Shown here: in pieces, positions 34,616 to 45,512 of the stretch
Layout of the letters: each line of letters opens with the position of its first letter
How positions within the stretch are numbered: the stretch's first letter is position 1
NCBI GenBank assembly: GCA_013374835.1
Contig: CP055307.1
Span: forward strand, 471,315-535,314
Reading direction: 5' to 3'
Source of the DNA: Candidatus Woesebacteria bacterium
GTDB lineage: Bacteria > Patescibacteriota > Microgenomatia > UBA8517
Length of the DNA stretch: 64,000 nucleotides
Notes under the pieces: model-generated
Told to the model about the DNA's origin: nothing
Seen by the model: only the letters and a program-made list of their open reading frames with translations
The model's database searches: none
Program-made: the position numbers and the translations under genes

Positions 34616-35331
34616 AAGGAGTAGTGCTGGCTGGAGGTAAGGGAACAAGGCTGTATCCGCTTACCTATGCGACAAATAAACACCTGCTTCCTGTTTATAA
34701 TATGCCTATGGTGTTTTATTCTATTAATACCTTGGTTAAGGCAGGGATAAAAGAAATTCTTATTGTAACGGGCGGTCCCCATGCAGGGCATTTTATTAGG
34801 GTTTTGAAAAATGGAAATGAGTTAGGAATAGATAATTTATCTTATGCTTATCAGGAGAATGAAGATGGGATTTGTGGAGCGTTGAAGCTTGCTGAAGACT
34901 TTTCAGGTGGTAAGAGCTTGTGTGTCATTTTGGGAGATAACTGTACTGATGCTGATATTGGTAGAGAAGTGGCCAAGTTTAGAGCTGGTGCAAAGATATT
35001 TTTGAAGGAAGTTCCTGACCCGAAGCGATTTGGAGTGCCAAGGTTTGATAAAAAGGGACATATTGTTGAGATAGTTGAAAAACCTAAAAAGCCGGCAAGT
35101 AAATATGCTGTGACGGGGCTTTATTTTTATGATAATACGGTTTTTGATAAAATAAGAAAGCTAAAGCCTTCAAAAAGAGGAGAACTTGAAGTGACAGATT
35201 TGAATAACTTGTATATTAAGGAAGGGCGTCTTGATTGGGCAGAACTTTCTGGTTTTTGGAGAGATGCTGGTACTTTTGATACTTTATTTGAGGTCAATAA
35301 ATATTGGGCGGAGAAGGGTGGTTTGTCATGA
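34612..35331 (+). CDS. rmlA: Sugar-phosphate nucleotidyltransferase, glucose-1-phosphate thymidylyltransferase-like (short form)
   Basis: MKGVVLAGGKGTRLYPLT is the G-X-G-T-R-L nucleotidyltransferase motif. It sits immediately upstream of rmlBCD. Confidence 0.6.
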   Translation: MKGVVLAGGKGTRLYPLTYATNKHLLPVYNMPMVFYSINTLVKAGIKEILIVTGGPHAGHFIRVLKNGNELGIDNLSYAYQENEDGICGALKLAEDFSGGKSLCVILGDNCTDADIGREVAKFRAGAKIFLKEVPDPKRFGVPRFDKKGHIVEIVEKPKKPASKYAVTGLYFYDNTVFDKIRKLKPSKRGELEVTDLNNLYIKEGRLDWAELSGFWRDAGTFDTLFEVNKYWAEKGGLS

Positions 35332-36335
35332 AATTGTTGGTGACAGGCGGCGCTGGTTTTATAGGGTGTAACTTTATACGTTATTGGCTTAAGAATTATC
35401 CAAAAGATAAGATAGTTAATCTTGATAAGTTAACTTACGCAGGTCATTTATCATCGACTTTGGATTTTAAAGATAATAAAAATTATAGGTTTATAAAAGC
35501 TTCAATAACAAACACGAGGTTGGTTGATAGAATAATGCGAGATGTGGATATTGTTATTCATTTTGCAGCCGAGAGCCACGTAGATAGATCAATTATAGGA
35601 CCCACTCTTTTTATTAAAACAAATATTTTAGGGACACAGGTCCTTTTGGACGCTGCTTTGAAAAATAAAATTAAAAGGTTTCATTATATTGGTACTGATG
35701 AGGTTTTTGGTTCTTTGCAGCTTGGTTCTGATAAAAAATTTGATGAAGAGACCAATTATGATCCAAGAAGCCCTTATTCTGCATCAAAGGCTGCGGCTGA
35801 TCATCTTGTAAGAGCTTATTTCCATACTTATGGGTTGCCTATAACAATAACCAACTGTTCAAATAATTACGGGCCATTTCAGGATCCTGAGAAATTTATA
35901 CCCAGGATGATTACAAATCTAATTGATGGAATGGACTTGCCTATTTATGGTGATGGATTGAGTGTTCGCGATTGGCTTTATGTTGAGGATCATGTGCGTG
36001 CAATTGAAAGTGTAATTATGGGTGGAAGATTGGGTGAAACTTATTTAATTGGAGGGATGACGCGGGATATTAGCAATCTTGATGTGGCAAGAAAACTTGC
36101 CAGTATTTTTGGAAAGAAAAATAGCGTGATTAAGTTTGTTAAGGATAGGGCTGGGCACGACAGAAGGTATGCTGTCGACTGGAGTAAGATCAAAAATGAG
36201 CTTGGTTTCCGACCAAGATACGACTTTGATGTATGGCTTGAAAAAACAGTCGATTGGTATAGGGAAAATGAGTGGTGGTGGAGAAGCCTTAAGTCGCGAG
36301 CTGAAAATCTCTATCGAAAAACCAATCAATATTAG
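35328..36335 (+). CDS. rmlB: dTDP-glucose 4,6-dehydratase
   Basis: MKLLVTGGAGFIGCNF Rossmann motif, YIGTDEVFG, and YSASKAAADHL (YxxxK). The ATG at 35328 overlaps the rmlA stop in an ATGA junction. Confidence 0.85.
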   Translation: MKLLVTGGAGFIGCNFIRYWLKNYPKDKIVNLDKLTYAGHLSSTLDFKDNKNYRFIKASITNTRLVDRIMRDVDIVIHFAAESHVDRSIIGPTLFIKTNILGTQVLLDAALKNKIKRFHYIGTDEVFGSLQLGSDKKFDEETNYDPRSPYSASKAAADHLVRAYFHTYGLPITITNCSNNYGPFQDPEKFIPRMITNLIDGMDLPIYGDGLSVRDWLYVEDHVRAIESVIMGGRLGETYLIGGMTRDISNLDVARKLASIFGKKNSVIKFVKDRAGHDRRYAVDWSKIKNELGFRPRYDFDVWLEKTVDWYRENEWWWRSLKSRAENLYRKTNQY

Positions 36336-36337
36336 AT

Positions 36338-36964
36338 ATGAGTGATTATAGTGAAGTTGTTGTGGTTAACGAAATGGAAGTTGGTTGGGAGCCGTTTATA
36401 GTTGAACAATCTATAAAAGGGCTTTTTCTTATCAGAAGACCGTTTTATAAGGATAACCGTGGAAGTTTTCAGGAGATAGTAAGAATTCCTGATTTGGAAA
36501 AAAAGGTTGGTCGCGAGATAAATTTTCAGCAAAGTCAACTTTCTATTTCAAGGCCGGGGGTAATTAGGGGAATACATGTTGAGCCTCAAGACAAATTGGT
36601 AACACCGTTAACAGGGCATATGTATTCGGTGGTGGTTGATGTTCGCCCCAATTCTTCTACGTTTAAAAAATGGATGATGTTTAGATTTGATAATACTTCT
36701 TCTGAAATTTCCAAAACAAGCCTATTTATTTCGAAGGGGTTAGGCAATTCCATATGTGTGCCATATGAATCTCCTCAAGAGGTGCTTTATTATTATTCGG
36801 TTACCGAGGTTTATAATCCTGCGACTGCTGGTCGTGGAATACGTTATGATGATACTGAGCTTAATATTCCTTGGCCTATAAAAAATCCAATAATTTCCAA
36901 AGATAGAGATACTTCTTTGCCTTCTTTCTCTGAATTTATTGAAAGATATGGTGAAGATATCTGA
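36338..36964 (+). CDS. rmlC: dTDP-4-dehydrorhamnose 3,5-epimerase-like cupin
   Basis: GSFQEIV...RGIHVEPQDKLVTPLTGHMYSVVVDVR resembles the RmlC core. Confidence 0.65.
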   Translation: MSDYSEVVVVNEMEVGWEPFIVEQSIKGLFLIRRPFYKDNRGSFQEIVRIPDLEKKVGREINFQQSQLSISRPGVIRGIHVEPQDKLVTPLTGHMYSVVVDVRPNSSTFKKWMMFRFDNTSSEISKTSLFISKGLGNSICVPYESPQEVLYYYSVTEVYNPATAGRGIRYDDTELNIPWPIKNPIISKDRDTSLPSFSEFIERYGEDI

Positions 36965-37847
36965 CGATACTGTTTTGGTGACTGGTGCTTCGGGGATGGT
37001 TGGGAGCAGATTTGTTGAGCTTTACGGGGGAGATAATTTTTTGATGCCTTCAAGCCGTGAGTTTGACATAACTGATAAAGAAAAGGTCAGAAGATTTTTA
37101 AAAGACAAAAAACCTACTGCTATAGTGAATTTTGCGGCTTATACAAATGTAGGAAATGCCGAGGAGCAAAGAAACGATAGAACAAGCGGTTGTTATCGGA
37201 TTAATGTGCTGGGAGTTGAAAACATTATAGATTCTATCGATCCAGAAATGATGCATTTTGTACAAATCTCTACAGACATGGTTTTTTCCGGAAGAATGGA
37301 AAAACCAGGTCCTTATAACGAGAGTGATCTAGCTGAGAAAGAATCTGTTAAACTCACGTGGTATGGATTTACTAAAGCAGAGGCAGAAAGAATTGTTTTG
37401 TCCAATCTAGGTAAAAGAGCCTCAATTGTTAGAATTATTTATCCAGTAAGAGCTAAATATAAAAACAAACTTGATTATCTTAGAGGACCTTTGAAAAAAT
37501 ATCGGGAGGGAAGGTTGTATCCTTTGTTTAGCGATCAACAAATCTCTATAACTTTTATAGATGAGTTATCTAATGCGTTAGCAAATATTGTTGCTAATAG
37601 ACGAGGCGGGGTGTTTCATGTCTGTTCTTCTGACACTACGACACCTTATGAACTAATAAGTAAGTTTATCTCTCGGGTTGAAGGAAGAAAAATAGAGCTT
37701 GATTACTCCCCCATGGGGGAGTTGGAAGGCAGATACCCCCGCTATGGTGGTCTTGAGTCCAAAAAAACCCAAGAGGTTTTGGGCATAAGATTTAGGAGCA
37801 CAGACGAAATAATAGAGGAGCTTATTTTGCAAGGTGTTTCGGTTTAG
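36939..37847 (+). CDS. rmlD: dTDP-4-dehydrorhamnose reductase-like
   Basis: VLVTGASGMVGSRF Rossmann motif and ISTDMVFSG, which resembles the RmlD STDYVFDG motif. Confidence 0.6.
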   Translation: MKDMVKISDDTVLVTGASGMVGSRFVELYGGDNFLMPSSREFDITDKEKVRRFLKDKKPTAIVNFAAYTNVGNAEEQRNDRTSGCYRINVLGVENIIDSIDPEMMHFVQISTDMVFSGRMEKPGPYNESDLAEKESVKLTWYGFTKAEAERIVLSNLGKRASIVRIIYPVRAKYKNKLDYLRGPLKKYREGRLYPLFSDQQISITFIDELSNALANIVANRRGGVFHVCSSDTTTPYELISKFISRVEGRKIELDYSPMGELEGRYPRYGGLESKKTQEVLGIRFRSTDEIIEELILQGVSV

Positions 37848-38502
37848 AGTTTTCTTTCTTCCATTTTTCTATTTCAGCGTGGTTGCCGGAGAGTAGGACT
37901 TCCGGGATCATCCAGCCTTTGTAGCTTTGGGGTCTTGTGTATTGGGGGTATTCAAAATGTTTAATGTCTAATGGCCGATTGTTTATTGAGAATGATTCTT
38001 CTCTTAGTGATTCCGGGTCAATTACTCCCGGAATGAGGCGGGTGACCGCATCGGTTAACACCATTGCGGGTAGCTCGCCTCCTGTTAGTATATAATCTCC
38101 GATTGAAATAACTTCATCTACTAAATGTTCATGCACTCTATGGTCAACTCCCTCATAGTGGCCTGCTATCAATATCAGGTGCTTTGTCTTTGAGAGTTTT
38201 TGGGCTAATTTTTGGTTAAATGTTTTTCCGACGGCATCGAGGAGTATGGTTTTTGGTTTATGGCTTTTAGCTTTTAATTTGAGCTCATGAAGAGCAGTGT
38301 CGATTACGTCCACTTTAAGGATCATACCCGCGCCTCCTCCGAATGGCCTGTCATCAACTGTTTTATGCTTATCCTTTGCCCAGTTTCTGAGATTGTGGAT
38401 ATTTATTTTAATTAAATTTTTTTCTTGAGCCCTTTTTATAATTGACTCTTCAAAAGGTCCTTTGAACATATTTGGGAAAAGAGTGATTATGTCTATTTTC
38501 AT
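37822..38502 (-). CDS. trmD: tRNA (guanine37-N1)-methyltransferase
   Basis: MKIDIITLFPNMF..PFGGGAGM..LILIAGHYEGVDHRV..GDYILTGGELPAMVL are canonical TrmD motifs. Confidence 0.9.
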   Translation of the reverse strand: MKIDIITLFPNMFKGPFEESIIKRAQEKNLIKINIHNLRNWAKDKHKTVDDRPFGGGAGMILKVDVIDTALHELKLKAKSHKPKTILLDAVGKTFNQKLAQKLSKTKHLILIAGHYEGVDHRVHEHLVDEVISIGDYILTGGELPAMVLTDAVTRLIPGVIDPESLREESFSINNRPLDIKHFEYPQYTRPQSYKGWMIPEVLLSGNHAEIEKWKKENSKPKHLAK

Positions 38503-38539
38503 GTAACTTATAATACTAAAAATAGTTATACTAAGAAAG

Positions 38540-39322
38540 ATGGATCCAAGGAAATATTTTATGCGTTATATTAGGACAGCTCCTTTCTCGCATGCAGTTT
38601 GGAGGGGAATGGAGGCCGGAATATTTGCTGAGTTTGAGAAATTTGTAAAAGGTGACATCCTTGATATAGGTTGTGGTTTTGGTGAATTCGCTGGTATTGT
38701 GTTTAATAATATGGTTGAGGTGGGGATTGATATAAACAAGAAAGATTTAGTTAAAGCAGCTTCTGGAAAAAGTTATAAAAATCTTATTTTGGCTGATGCC
38801 AGAAAGCTTCCTTTTGATGACAATAGTTTTGATTGTGTTGTTTCAATAAGCACTTTAGAGCACATAAAAAAAGTTGATAAAGTGATAGAAGAAGTAGAAA
38901 GGGTGCTTAAAAAGGGCGGCATATTTATATTTAGCGTGCCTACTAATGTTTTGAATAAGCATTTGTTTTTTCCAAGCTTTTTAAGAAAAATTGGTTTAGG
39001 AGAGTTGTCGAATCTATATGTGAAAGTTTTTCATTGGGCTTTTAATCATGAGAATATTTATAGTAAAGAAAAGTGGATGAATAAAATTTTTTCCGGATTT
39101 AAGGTTTTGGACTATCGCGGTACTATAAATATTAATCAAATCAGAATTTTTGAGTTATTTCTTCCTTTGGCGCTTTTAACACAATTTAATCGGAAAATTT
39201 TTGGAAAGAGACTTCTTTTCTCGTTTAAACTTCGGGAAATGATATTTGAGAAAATATTTTCTATTTCTTTGAAGGGTAATTTAACCGATGCGAATGTAAT
39301 TATCTTAGCGACTAAAAAATGA
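38540..39322 (+). CDS. Class I SAM-dependent methyltransferase
   Basis: ILDIGCGFGEF is motif I; an acidic motif II is present. Confidence 0.7.
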   Translation: MDPRKYFMRYIRTAPFSHAVWRGMEAGIFAEFEKFVKGDILDIGCGFGEFAGIVFNNMVEVGIDINKKDLVKAASGKSYKNLILADARKLPFDDNSFDCVVSISTLEHIKKVDKVIEEVERVLKKGGIFIFSVPTNVLNKHLFFPSFLRKIGLGELSNLYVKVFHWAFNHENIYSKEKWMNKIFSGFKVLDYRGTININQIRIFELFLPLALLTQFNRKIFGKRLLFSFKLREMIFEKIFSISLKGNLTDANVIILATKK

Positions 39323-40158
39323 AAGTTTCAAAGTGCAGGATTTGCGGGTCTGATAATTTAGCTTTAGTTTATAGCAATCAAAAATATAAAATATTTAAAT
39401 GCTTATTGTGTGGTTTTGGGGTTTTAATGCCTTATCTGAAAATAAAAAAGGCGCATTTGATTTACCAAGAGAATTATTTTTTGGACAAGAAGGAAAACTA
39501 TTATCTTTCGGACGCTAAGCGTAAATACAGCAAAGCGAAGAAATATTTTCGCAAGGGAGGGAAGGTGCTAGATTACGGATGCGGGCTTGGTGACTTTATA
39601 GGAGAATGTAAGAGAAGAGATAAAAGCTTAAGTCTTTTTGGATTTGATATTTCTAGATATGCATCTGTCATTACCTCAAAGAATTATAACGTTGAAGTAA
39701 AAACAGGTATTTTATCAAAGAATTTATATAGACAATCATTTTTTGATACTATCGTTTCCTTTGATGTTATTGAGCATGTACCCAATTTTGAAGACTTGTT
39801 AGTCAAATTCAACTTCTGGTTAAAAGAAGGTGGTTATTTGCTACTTACTACACCCAATATTGAAAACTGGGATGCGAAAATCTTAGGTAGGTGGTGGTAT
39901 GGTTATTCGAAAATTCCAGAGCATATTAATTATTTTTCAAAAAAGTCTTTAAGGATGCTTCTTGAGAGAAATGGCTTCGAAGTGCTCGAAATAAAAACTT
40001 GGGGTTTTACTAGAAGTCTAGATTTTTATTTATTTAAAGTTTTCGGGATGTTTAGTCTCTCAAAAATAGGCTTGAGCAATATTGGCAAGATCAATATTTT
40101 TTTGCCTATGGTAGACGTCTTTGTGGCAGCAAAAAAAATTGGAGACAAAAATGAGTGA
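39319..40158 (+). CDS. Class I SAM-dependent methyltransferase with an N-terminal zinc ribbon
   Basis: CRICGS...CLLCGF followed by VLDYGCGLGDF. Confidence 0.7.
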   Translation: MKVSKCRICGSDNLALVYSNQKYKIFKCLLCGFGVLMPYLKIKKAHLIYQENYFLDKKENYYLSDAKRKYSKAKKYFRKGGKVLDYGCGLGDFIGECKRRDKSLSLFGFDISRYASVITSKNYNVEVKTGILSKNLYRQSFFDTIVSFDVIEHVPNFEDLLVKFNFWLKEGGYLLLTTPNIENWDAKILGRWWYGYSKIPEHINYFSKKSLRMLLERNGFEVLEIKTWGFTRSLDFYLFKVFGMFSLSKIGLSNIGKINIFLPMVDVFVAAKKIGDKNE

Positions 40159-41758
40159 AAGAATTTATTGGATTTTTTTTGTATTTTTGGTTGTTTTGTT
40201 CGTTTTCAATCTCTTTATAAATATTTCACATCCACTTTTATGGAATGATGAAGGTGAGACAGTAATGTTTGGGGAGAGGATACTCACTTATGGTTATCCT
40301 AAAGTAAACGACGGAAAAAATATTTTGAATTTAACCGAGGTCCCCGATAAAAATGTTGGAGTGAAAGAGGGTGTAGATGCATGGATACATCTAGGATGGC
40401 TTCAGTATTATGTTTCTGCTTTAGGCGTATTTGTCGCTAGTTTTTTTGACGATCCTTACTTGAAGACTGCTTTTTTAAGGATGCCTTTTGCGTTTTTTGG
40501 TCTTTTGGGTGTTTTTATAAATATTTTACTTATTTTTTTGCTTCCTATTGGAAGGAGGAGTAAACTTTTTGTGTCCTCGTTTTTTATTTTTATTGAGTTG
40601 TTAAGCGTATTTCTTGTTTTACATTTACGTGAGGCTAGACACTATTCACTGACTTACTTTTTGTCGTCTTTAGCCTTTTTTATATATGTGAGGTATAGGT
40701 TTTTTGGAAAAAACAAAAAAACTTATTTTTTAATTTTGCCTTTTGTGTTGGTTTTTCTTTTCAACTCTTTCTTTCCTGTTTTTATAACAGTTAATTTTTA
40801 TTTTTTAATTTACGAGTTTTTTATGTTTTTAATTAGAAAAAACACGATGAAATCTTTTATTCCGCTTATTTTATCGATTATCTTAGTTATTCCATTTTTA
40901 TTTTTTTATGAGGTTTTTTACATTTCGAGCGAGGTTGCGAGGTATTTCGGTAATTCATTTTTTATTTACTTAAAAAATATTATGTTTATATTTGAGTTTT
41001 TATTTAGGGAGGAGTTTTTAATCCTGCTTTTTGTTGTAAAGATTTTTATTTTTTTTCTTGCGGCTGATGATTTTTGGTGGTTCTACAAAAAAAATAAATT
41101 ATTTCAAATTTCATTTTTTTTGACTGGTTATTTTTTGTTTTTTTTATTGGTAATTGCAAAGATGCCTTACCAGTTTGAGAGATATTTGGTATCTTTACAA
41201 CCCATCATTGCGATGACTATCGTTTTGGATTTTTTGATTCTTTATAGAGCCATCTCCAAAAAAGGCGGCACGTTAAAACATTTCTTGTTATTTGTTTTTC
41301 CCCTTTTTTTAATCTGCAATATATTTAAAGTAGGTAATTTAACTGGTAGGATTTATGAATTGACCCACGAATATCAAGGTCCGGTTGATTATATTGTTTC
41401 ATATATAAAAGATAAGTACGAGAATACAGATAATCTTGTAATAGCAACGAATTATGAAGAGCATGTATTGATGTACTACCTTGGAAGTCGTGTAATTGTG
41501 GGATATGTAGGGAATAATATTGAGAAGGATTCATTGGAAAAGCCTGATATTGTGATTCCAAGAAGAGGTAGACCAAATTACAAAAAGGTGCTTTATGATT
41601 TTTTAAATAAGTGGGACTATGAAGAAGTAAAACTTCCAGTATATGACTATTCCTACAATAATATACCCGAGCTTACACTTTTTTACCCACATCTATTTAA
41701 GACAAAGCTTCCAGAATCTAGAGACGATTATCTTACTTTTTATATACTTAAAGAATGA
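40151..41758 (+). CDS. Polytopic membrane protein (GT-C-like, putative glycosyltransferase)
   Basis: About 12 TM helices; located in the glycosylation locus. Confidence 0.45.
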   Translation: MSERIYWIFFVFLVVLFVFNLFINISHPLLWNDEGETVMFGERILTYGYPKVNDGKNILNLTEVPDKNVGVKEGVDAWIHLGWLQYYVSALGVFVASFFDDPYLKTAFLRMPFAFFGLLGVFINILLIFLLPIGRRSKLFVSSFFIFIELLSVFLVLHLREARHYSLTYFLSSLAFFIYVRYRFFGKNKKTYFLILPFVLVFLFNSFFPVFITVNFYFLIYEFFMFLIRKNTMKSFIPLILSIILVIPFLFFYEVFYISSEVARYFGNSFFIYLKNIMFIFEFLFREEFLILLFVVKIFIFFLAADDFWWFYKKNKLFQISFFLTGYFLFFLLVIAKMPYQFERYLVSLQPIIAMTIVLDFLILYRAISKKGGTLKHFLLFVFPLFLICNIFKVGNLTGRIYELTHEYQGPVDYIVSYIKDKYENTDNLVIATNYEEHVLMYYLGSRVIVGYVGNNIEKDSLEKPDIVIPRRGRPNYKKVLYDFLNKWDYEEVKLPVYDYSYNNIPELTLFYPHLFKTKLPESRDDYLTFYILKE

Positions 41759-43284
41759 TTGGAGAATTAAAGAGGATAAGATCAAGAGAATGGTTTTTAA
41801 TAATTTTTTCTTTTTGTCTTTTATTTGCTTTTAGATATAACAGCTTTAACTCACCATTTGAAAGAGATGAGGGAGAGTATGCATATTCCGCGTGGATTTT
41901 GAAAAATGGCGGTACTTTGTATAAAGATGCCTTTTTACAAAAGCCGCCCATGGTTGTTTATACTTATTTGGCTGCTCAGATGATATTTGGTGACAATGTT
42001 TGGGCGCCGCGATTAATTGCTTTTATTTTTTTAATATTAACACAGGTCACTATCGGATTGATCGCTTTGAGGATTTATGGGGGAGGTTCTGCCGCTATTT
42101 CTATGATTGTTTTTTCCATACTGTCCAATTTTCCACCACTAATGCCCTTTGCTGCGAATACCGAGATTTTTATGATTCTTCCCATAAGCCTTATTCTTTA
42201 TTTTTATGTTTTATATAAGGATGGACTAAATATTTTTTATTTTGTAATAGCTGGCTCGTTATCTGCAGCCGGTATATTTTATAAGCCTATTTGTATCGGA
42301 GCGATTTTGTTTATAGTTTTTTACTGGTTATATGAGATTTATAAAAAGGATCGCCGGCTATTGGATATTTTTGAACCCGCTTTCTTTTTTTGGTTTTCTT
42401 TTATTTTGGCTAGTATTGTTATTTTACTTCCTTTGATAAAAAGCGGGGCGTTTCCGTATTTTTGGAAGCAAGTTGTTTATTATAACTCTTTGTACGCAAA
42501 AGCCTATGGATTTGGGTTGTCAAACTTTTTTATACAGTTAAAGCCTTTTATAAAATATCAATGGGCGGGATTATCCTTGATCTTTATTTCATTTTTTATT
42601 CCTTGGCCTAAAAGAAGCTATTTTCTGTTTTTAGTATTTATAAGTTTATTAACTATTTATCAGTCTCCAATAGGTCATTATTATTTGATTTTGACGCCCT
42701 TTTTGGCCATAGTAATTTCTAAGGCAATTGATGAGATTTCGGAAAAATTTGAGATTAATTATATTTATTTGGGAAGCATATATGTGCTTTTTTCTATATT
42801 ACCTTTTCGTGAACAGTTTTTTATGACACCCAGTGAAATAAATACTTGGGTTTACGGCACAGCAAATCCTTTTATTGAAGCATATGAAATTAGAAAAAAG
42901 ATAATTGAAAATTCAAATCCCGAAGACAAAATCCTTATTGCTGGATCTGAACCAGAGATTCTTTATTATTCTAAAAGAATGAGCGCAAGCAGATTTGTTA
43001 TTGTTTATCCTCTAATAATTGACACAAAAGAGGCAGAAAATTATAGGGAAGAGTTTATATCTGAAATTGAAAGAAAACCAAAGCTTATAGTCTATTCGAA
43101 CATGGATCACAGCGGATTTATCGGGGATGCTGATCTTGACGATGTGCGAAGCTTGGTCAATGATTTAATAGAGAAAGACTACGATTTTGTCGGCGGTTAT
43201 TATTGGCAGAATGGTAAACTTCGCTGGATAAGTGAAGACGTTGAAAGGCGATATTTGAGCCTCGTTTTGTATAAAAGAAAATGA
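41755..43284 (+). CDS. GT-C fold glycosyltransferase (ArnT/PMT-like)
   Basis: Polytopic. The FERDEGEYAYSAW acidic first-loop motif resembles the DE motif of GT39/GT83. Confidence 0.5.
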   Translation: MIGELKRIRSREWFLIIFSFCLLFAFRYNSFNSPFERDEGEYAYSAWILKNGGTLYKDAFLQKPPMVVYTYLAAQMIFGDNVWAPRLIAFIFLILTQVTIGLIALRIYGGGSAAISMIVFSILSNFPPLMPFAANTEIFMILPISLILYFYVLYKDGLNIFYFVIAGSLSAAGIFYKPICIGAILFIVFYWLYEIYKKDRRLLDIFEPAFFFWFSFILASIVILLPLIKSGAFPYFWKQVVYYNSLYAKAYGFGLSNFFIQLKPFIKYQWAGLSLIFISFFIPWPKRSYFLFLVFISLLTIYQSPIGHYYLILTPFLAIVISKAIDEISEKFEINYIYLGSIYVLFSILPFREQFFMTPSEINTWVYGTANPFIEAYEIRKKIIENSNPEDKILIAGSEPEILYYSKRMSASRFVIVYPLIIDTKEAENYREEFISEIERKPKLIVYSNMDHSGFIGDADLDDVRSLVNDLIEKDYDFVGGYYWQNGKLRWISEDVERRYLSLVLYKRK

Positions 43285-44906
43285 ATAATTTTAAGCTATC
43301 CAATTTAAATGTAGCATTAATCATTTTTTCACTGGGATTCGCAGTTTATTTTCAAACTCTTTTTTTTGGATTTACTTATTTAGATGACAATGTACTTATC
43401 CTTGATAACTTATTTTTTCTTAAGAATTTGGGAAATATTTTTAATGCTTTTAAGCTGGAAGTGTTTCATATACTTCACTCATCAGCAGCTTATTATCGCC
43501 CAATTTTGACGATTTCGTTTATTCTGGATGCACAGCTGTCGGGGGAGAGTGCTTTTTTTTATCATCTTACTAACGTTTTTATCCATTTAGTTGCCAGTTT
43601 CGGAGTTTTTTTGTTTTTTACGAGCATAGGGTATAAGAGAGTTTTATCATTTTCGGCAGGAATTTTATTTCTTGTTCATCCAGTTCTTGTACAGGCCGTT
43701 GCCTGGATACCGGGGAGGAATGATTCTTTGCTGTCTTTATTTGTTATTTATTCTTTTTATTTTTTGATTCGGTATATAAAAGAGAGTAAAAGTAGATTTT
43801 TGATTTTATATTTTCTTTTTTATTTTTTTGCTATTTTTACAAAAGAATCGGCTGTGCTTTTTCCTTTCGCAGCAGTTTTTTACTTAATAATTTTAAAAAA
43901 GGAGAAAGTTATTTCGGATAATATTTTCAAAATTTTTTTGGGTACTTTTTTTATATTCTTGGTTTGGATTTATTTGAGATCCGCTGCATTAGTGAACCCA
44001 GTCCGCTATGATTTGGCAACCTCTTTGTTTGCTATTTTTGAAAACAAGCTTGCTATTTTTCTTTATATTGGTAAAATTTTTTTGCCAATTAATTTAACCA
44101 CCCTCCCCGTACTTTCGGATTCTAATTTACTGATTGGGCTGTTTACTACCTCTATTTTTTTAGCAATAAGCCTTTACTTTGGTAGAAAAAGTTTGGGAAC
44201 GGTTTTTTTTGGTTATTTTTGGTTTCTTCTTTTTTTGTTGCCGTCGTTTATAAGGCCTAACACTGAGTACGTCTCTGATTTTATAGAGCATCGTGTTTAT
44301 CTTCCTATTATTGGTATTTTTTGGATTTTGCTTGAGGTTTATAGATTAAATGAGAAGAAAATATCCCCGAAAGTTATAAAGGTGGTTTTATATATTGTGA
44401 TGATTTTTTTTATTGCCATTACGATTGTTCATTCGAGAAATTACATAAACGGCATTACTTTTTGGGAAAAAGCAGCTTTGGATTCTCCAAGCCATCCTTT
44501 GGCTCATAAAAATTTGGGTGCAATGTATTACCTTAATAACGATTTAGAAAAGGCCGAGAAATCATTTTTAAGAGCTCTGGAAGTTTATGAGTATGAAAAG
44601 ATGGTTCACAATAATCTAGCGCTTATTTATATGAAAAGAGGGGAGACTGAAAAAGCGGCATTAGAGTTTGAGCGTGAGCTTGAAATAAACCCTTATTATG
44701 ACAATGCTTATTATAATTACGGCAATTTGTATTATTCAAAGGGGGAGCGGGAAAGGGCGTTTGAAATGTGGTCGCGCGCTCTTAAGATTAACCCTGATCA
44801 TACGGGGGCTTTAAGAAATATATTTGGCTATTATACAGAAAATGGGGATTATGAGAAAGCGAAGTATTATTATAATGAACTTATTAAACGCGGTGTGAAA
44901 CCATAA
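43281..44906 (+). CDS. GT-C-like membrane domain fused to C-terminal TPR repeats (TMTC-like)
   Basis: N-terminal polytopic region (LDDNVLILDN loop) and C-terminal TPR repeats (AHKNLGAMYY..,NNLALIYMKRGE..,YNYGNLYYSKGE..). Confidence 0.55.
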   Translation: MNNFKLSNLNVALIIFSLGFAVYFQTLFFGFTYLDDNVLILDNLFFLKNLGNIFNAFKLEVFHILHSSAAYYRPILTISFILDAQLSGESAFFYHLTNVFIHLVASFGVFLFFTSIGYKRVLSFSAGILFLVHPVLVQAVAWIPGRNDSLLSLFVIYSFYFLIRYIKESKSRFLILYFLFYFFAIFTKESAVLFPFAAVFYLIILKKEKVISDNIFKIFLGTFFIFLVWIYLRSAALVNPVRYDLATSLFAIFENKLAIFLYIGKIFLPINLTTLPVLSDSNLLIGLFTTSIFLAISLYFGRKSLGTVFFGYFWFLLFLLPSFIRPNTEYVSDFIEHRVYLPIIGIFWILLEVYRLNEKKISPKVIKVVLYIVMIFFIAITIVHSRNYINGITFWEKAALDSPSHPLAHKNLGAMYYLNNDLEKAEKSFLRALEVYEYEKMVHNNLALIYMKRGETEKAALEFERELEINPYYDNAYYNYGNLYYSKGERERAFEMWSRALKINPDHTGALRNIFGYYTENGDYEKAKYYYNELIKRGVKP

Positions 44907-44930
44907 TGAAAATTGTGATAAACTAGTTTT

Positions 44931-45500
44931 ATGTTTAAAGAATTGAAAGAAAATTATTTTCTTAGACTTTTATGGATTTTCTCGAGACCTTATCATCTTT
45001 TTGAAGATTTAAGGGGAGATTTGGGAATTCGCCAGAGCGTGCTATTTTTTGTATTTGTTTCTGTCTTGAGTTTTTTGTTGTCGATTTTTGATATTTTGAT
45101 CATAAGACCAATTCTTTCTTATTACGTTCCTCAAATTTACCCCGAGTTTGAACTAGGCCTTAGTTGGTTTATGTTGCCTTCTTATTTGATAGCCAGTATT
45201 ATTTTATTTGTTAGTCTTTTTTTGTATTCAGGGATTTTATACTTAATTTTTAAGCTTTACAAGAGAGGTGAAGATTATTCTTTGGCCTTAAAAATATTTG
45301 TTTATTCACAGACCCCTTTTATTCTTTTTAGATTTATTCCTAATATAAATATTGTAACGATAATTTATTCCTTTGTGCTCCAGATATTGGCGGTTAAAAA
45401 GTTTATGAAGGTTAGTCTGAGAAAATCTCTTCTCATCAATTTTTCATATCTGGCTTTGGTTGCTGCTTTTATATTGTTGAATATTTATATAGATATATAA
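44931..45500 (+). CDS. Small polytopic membrane protein (Yip1-like)
   Basis: 189 aa with 5 TM helices. Confidence 0.35.
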   Translation: MFKELKENYFLRLLWIFSRPYHLFEDLRGDLGIRQSVLFFVFVSVLSFLLSIFDILIIRPILSYYVPQIYPEFELGLSWFMLPSYLIASIILFVSLFLYSGILYLIFKLYKRGEDYSLALKIFVYSQTPFILFRFIPNINIVTIIYSFVLQILAVKKFMKVSLRKSLLINFSYLALVAAFILLNIYIDI

Positions 45501-45512
45501 AAAAATCATTAA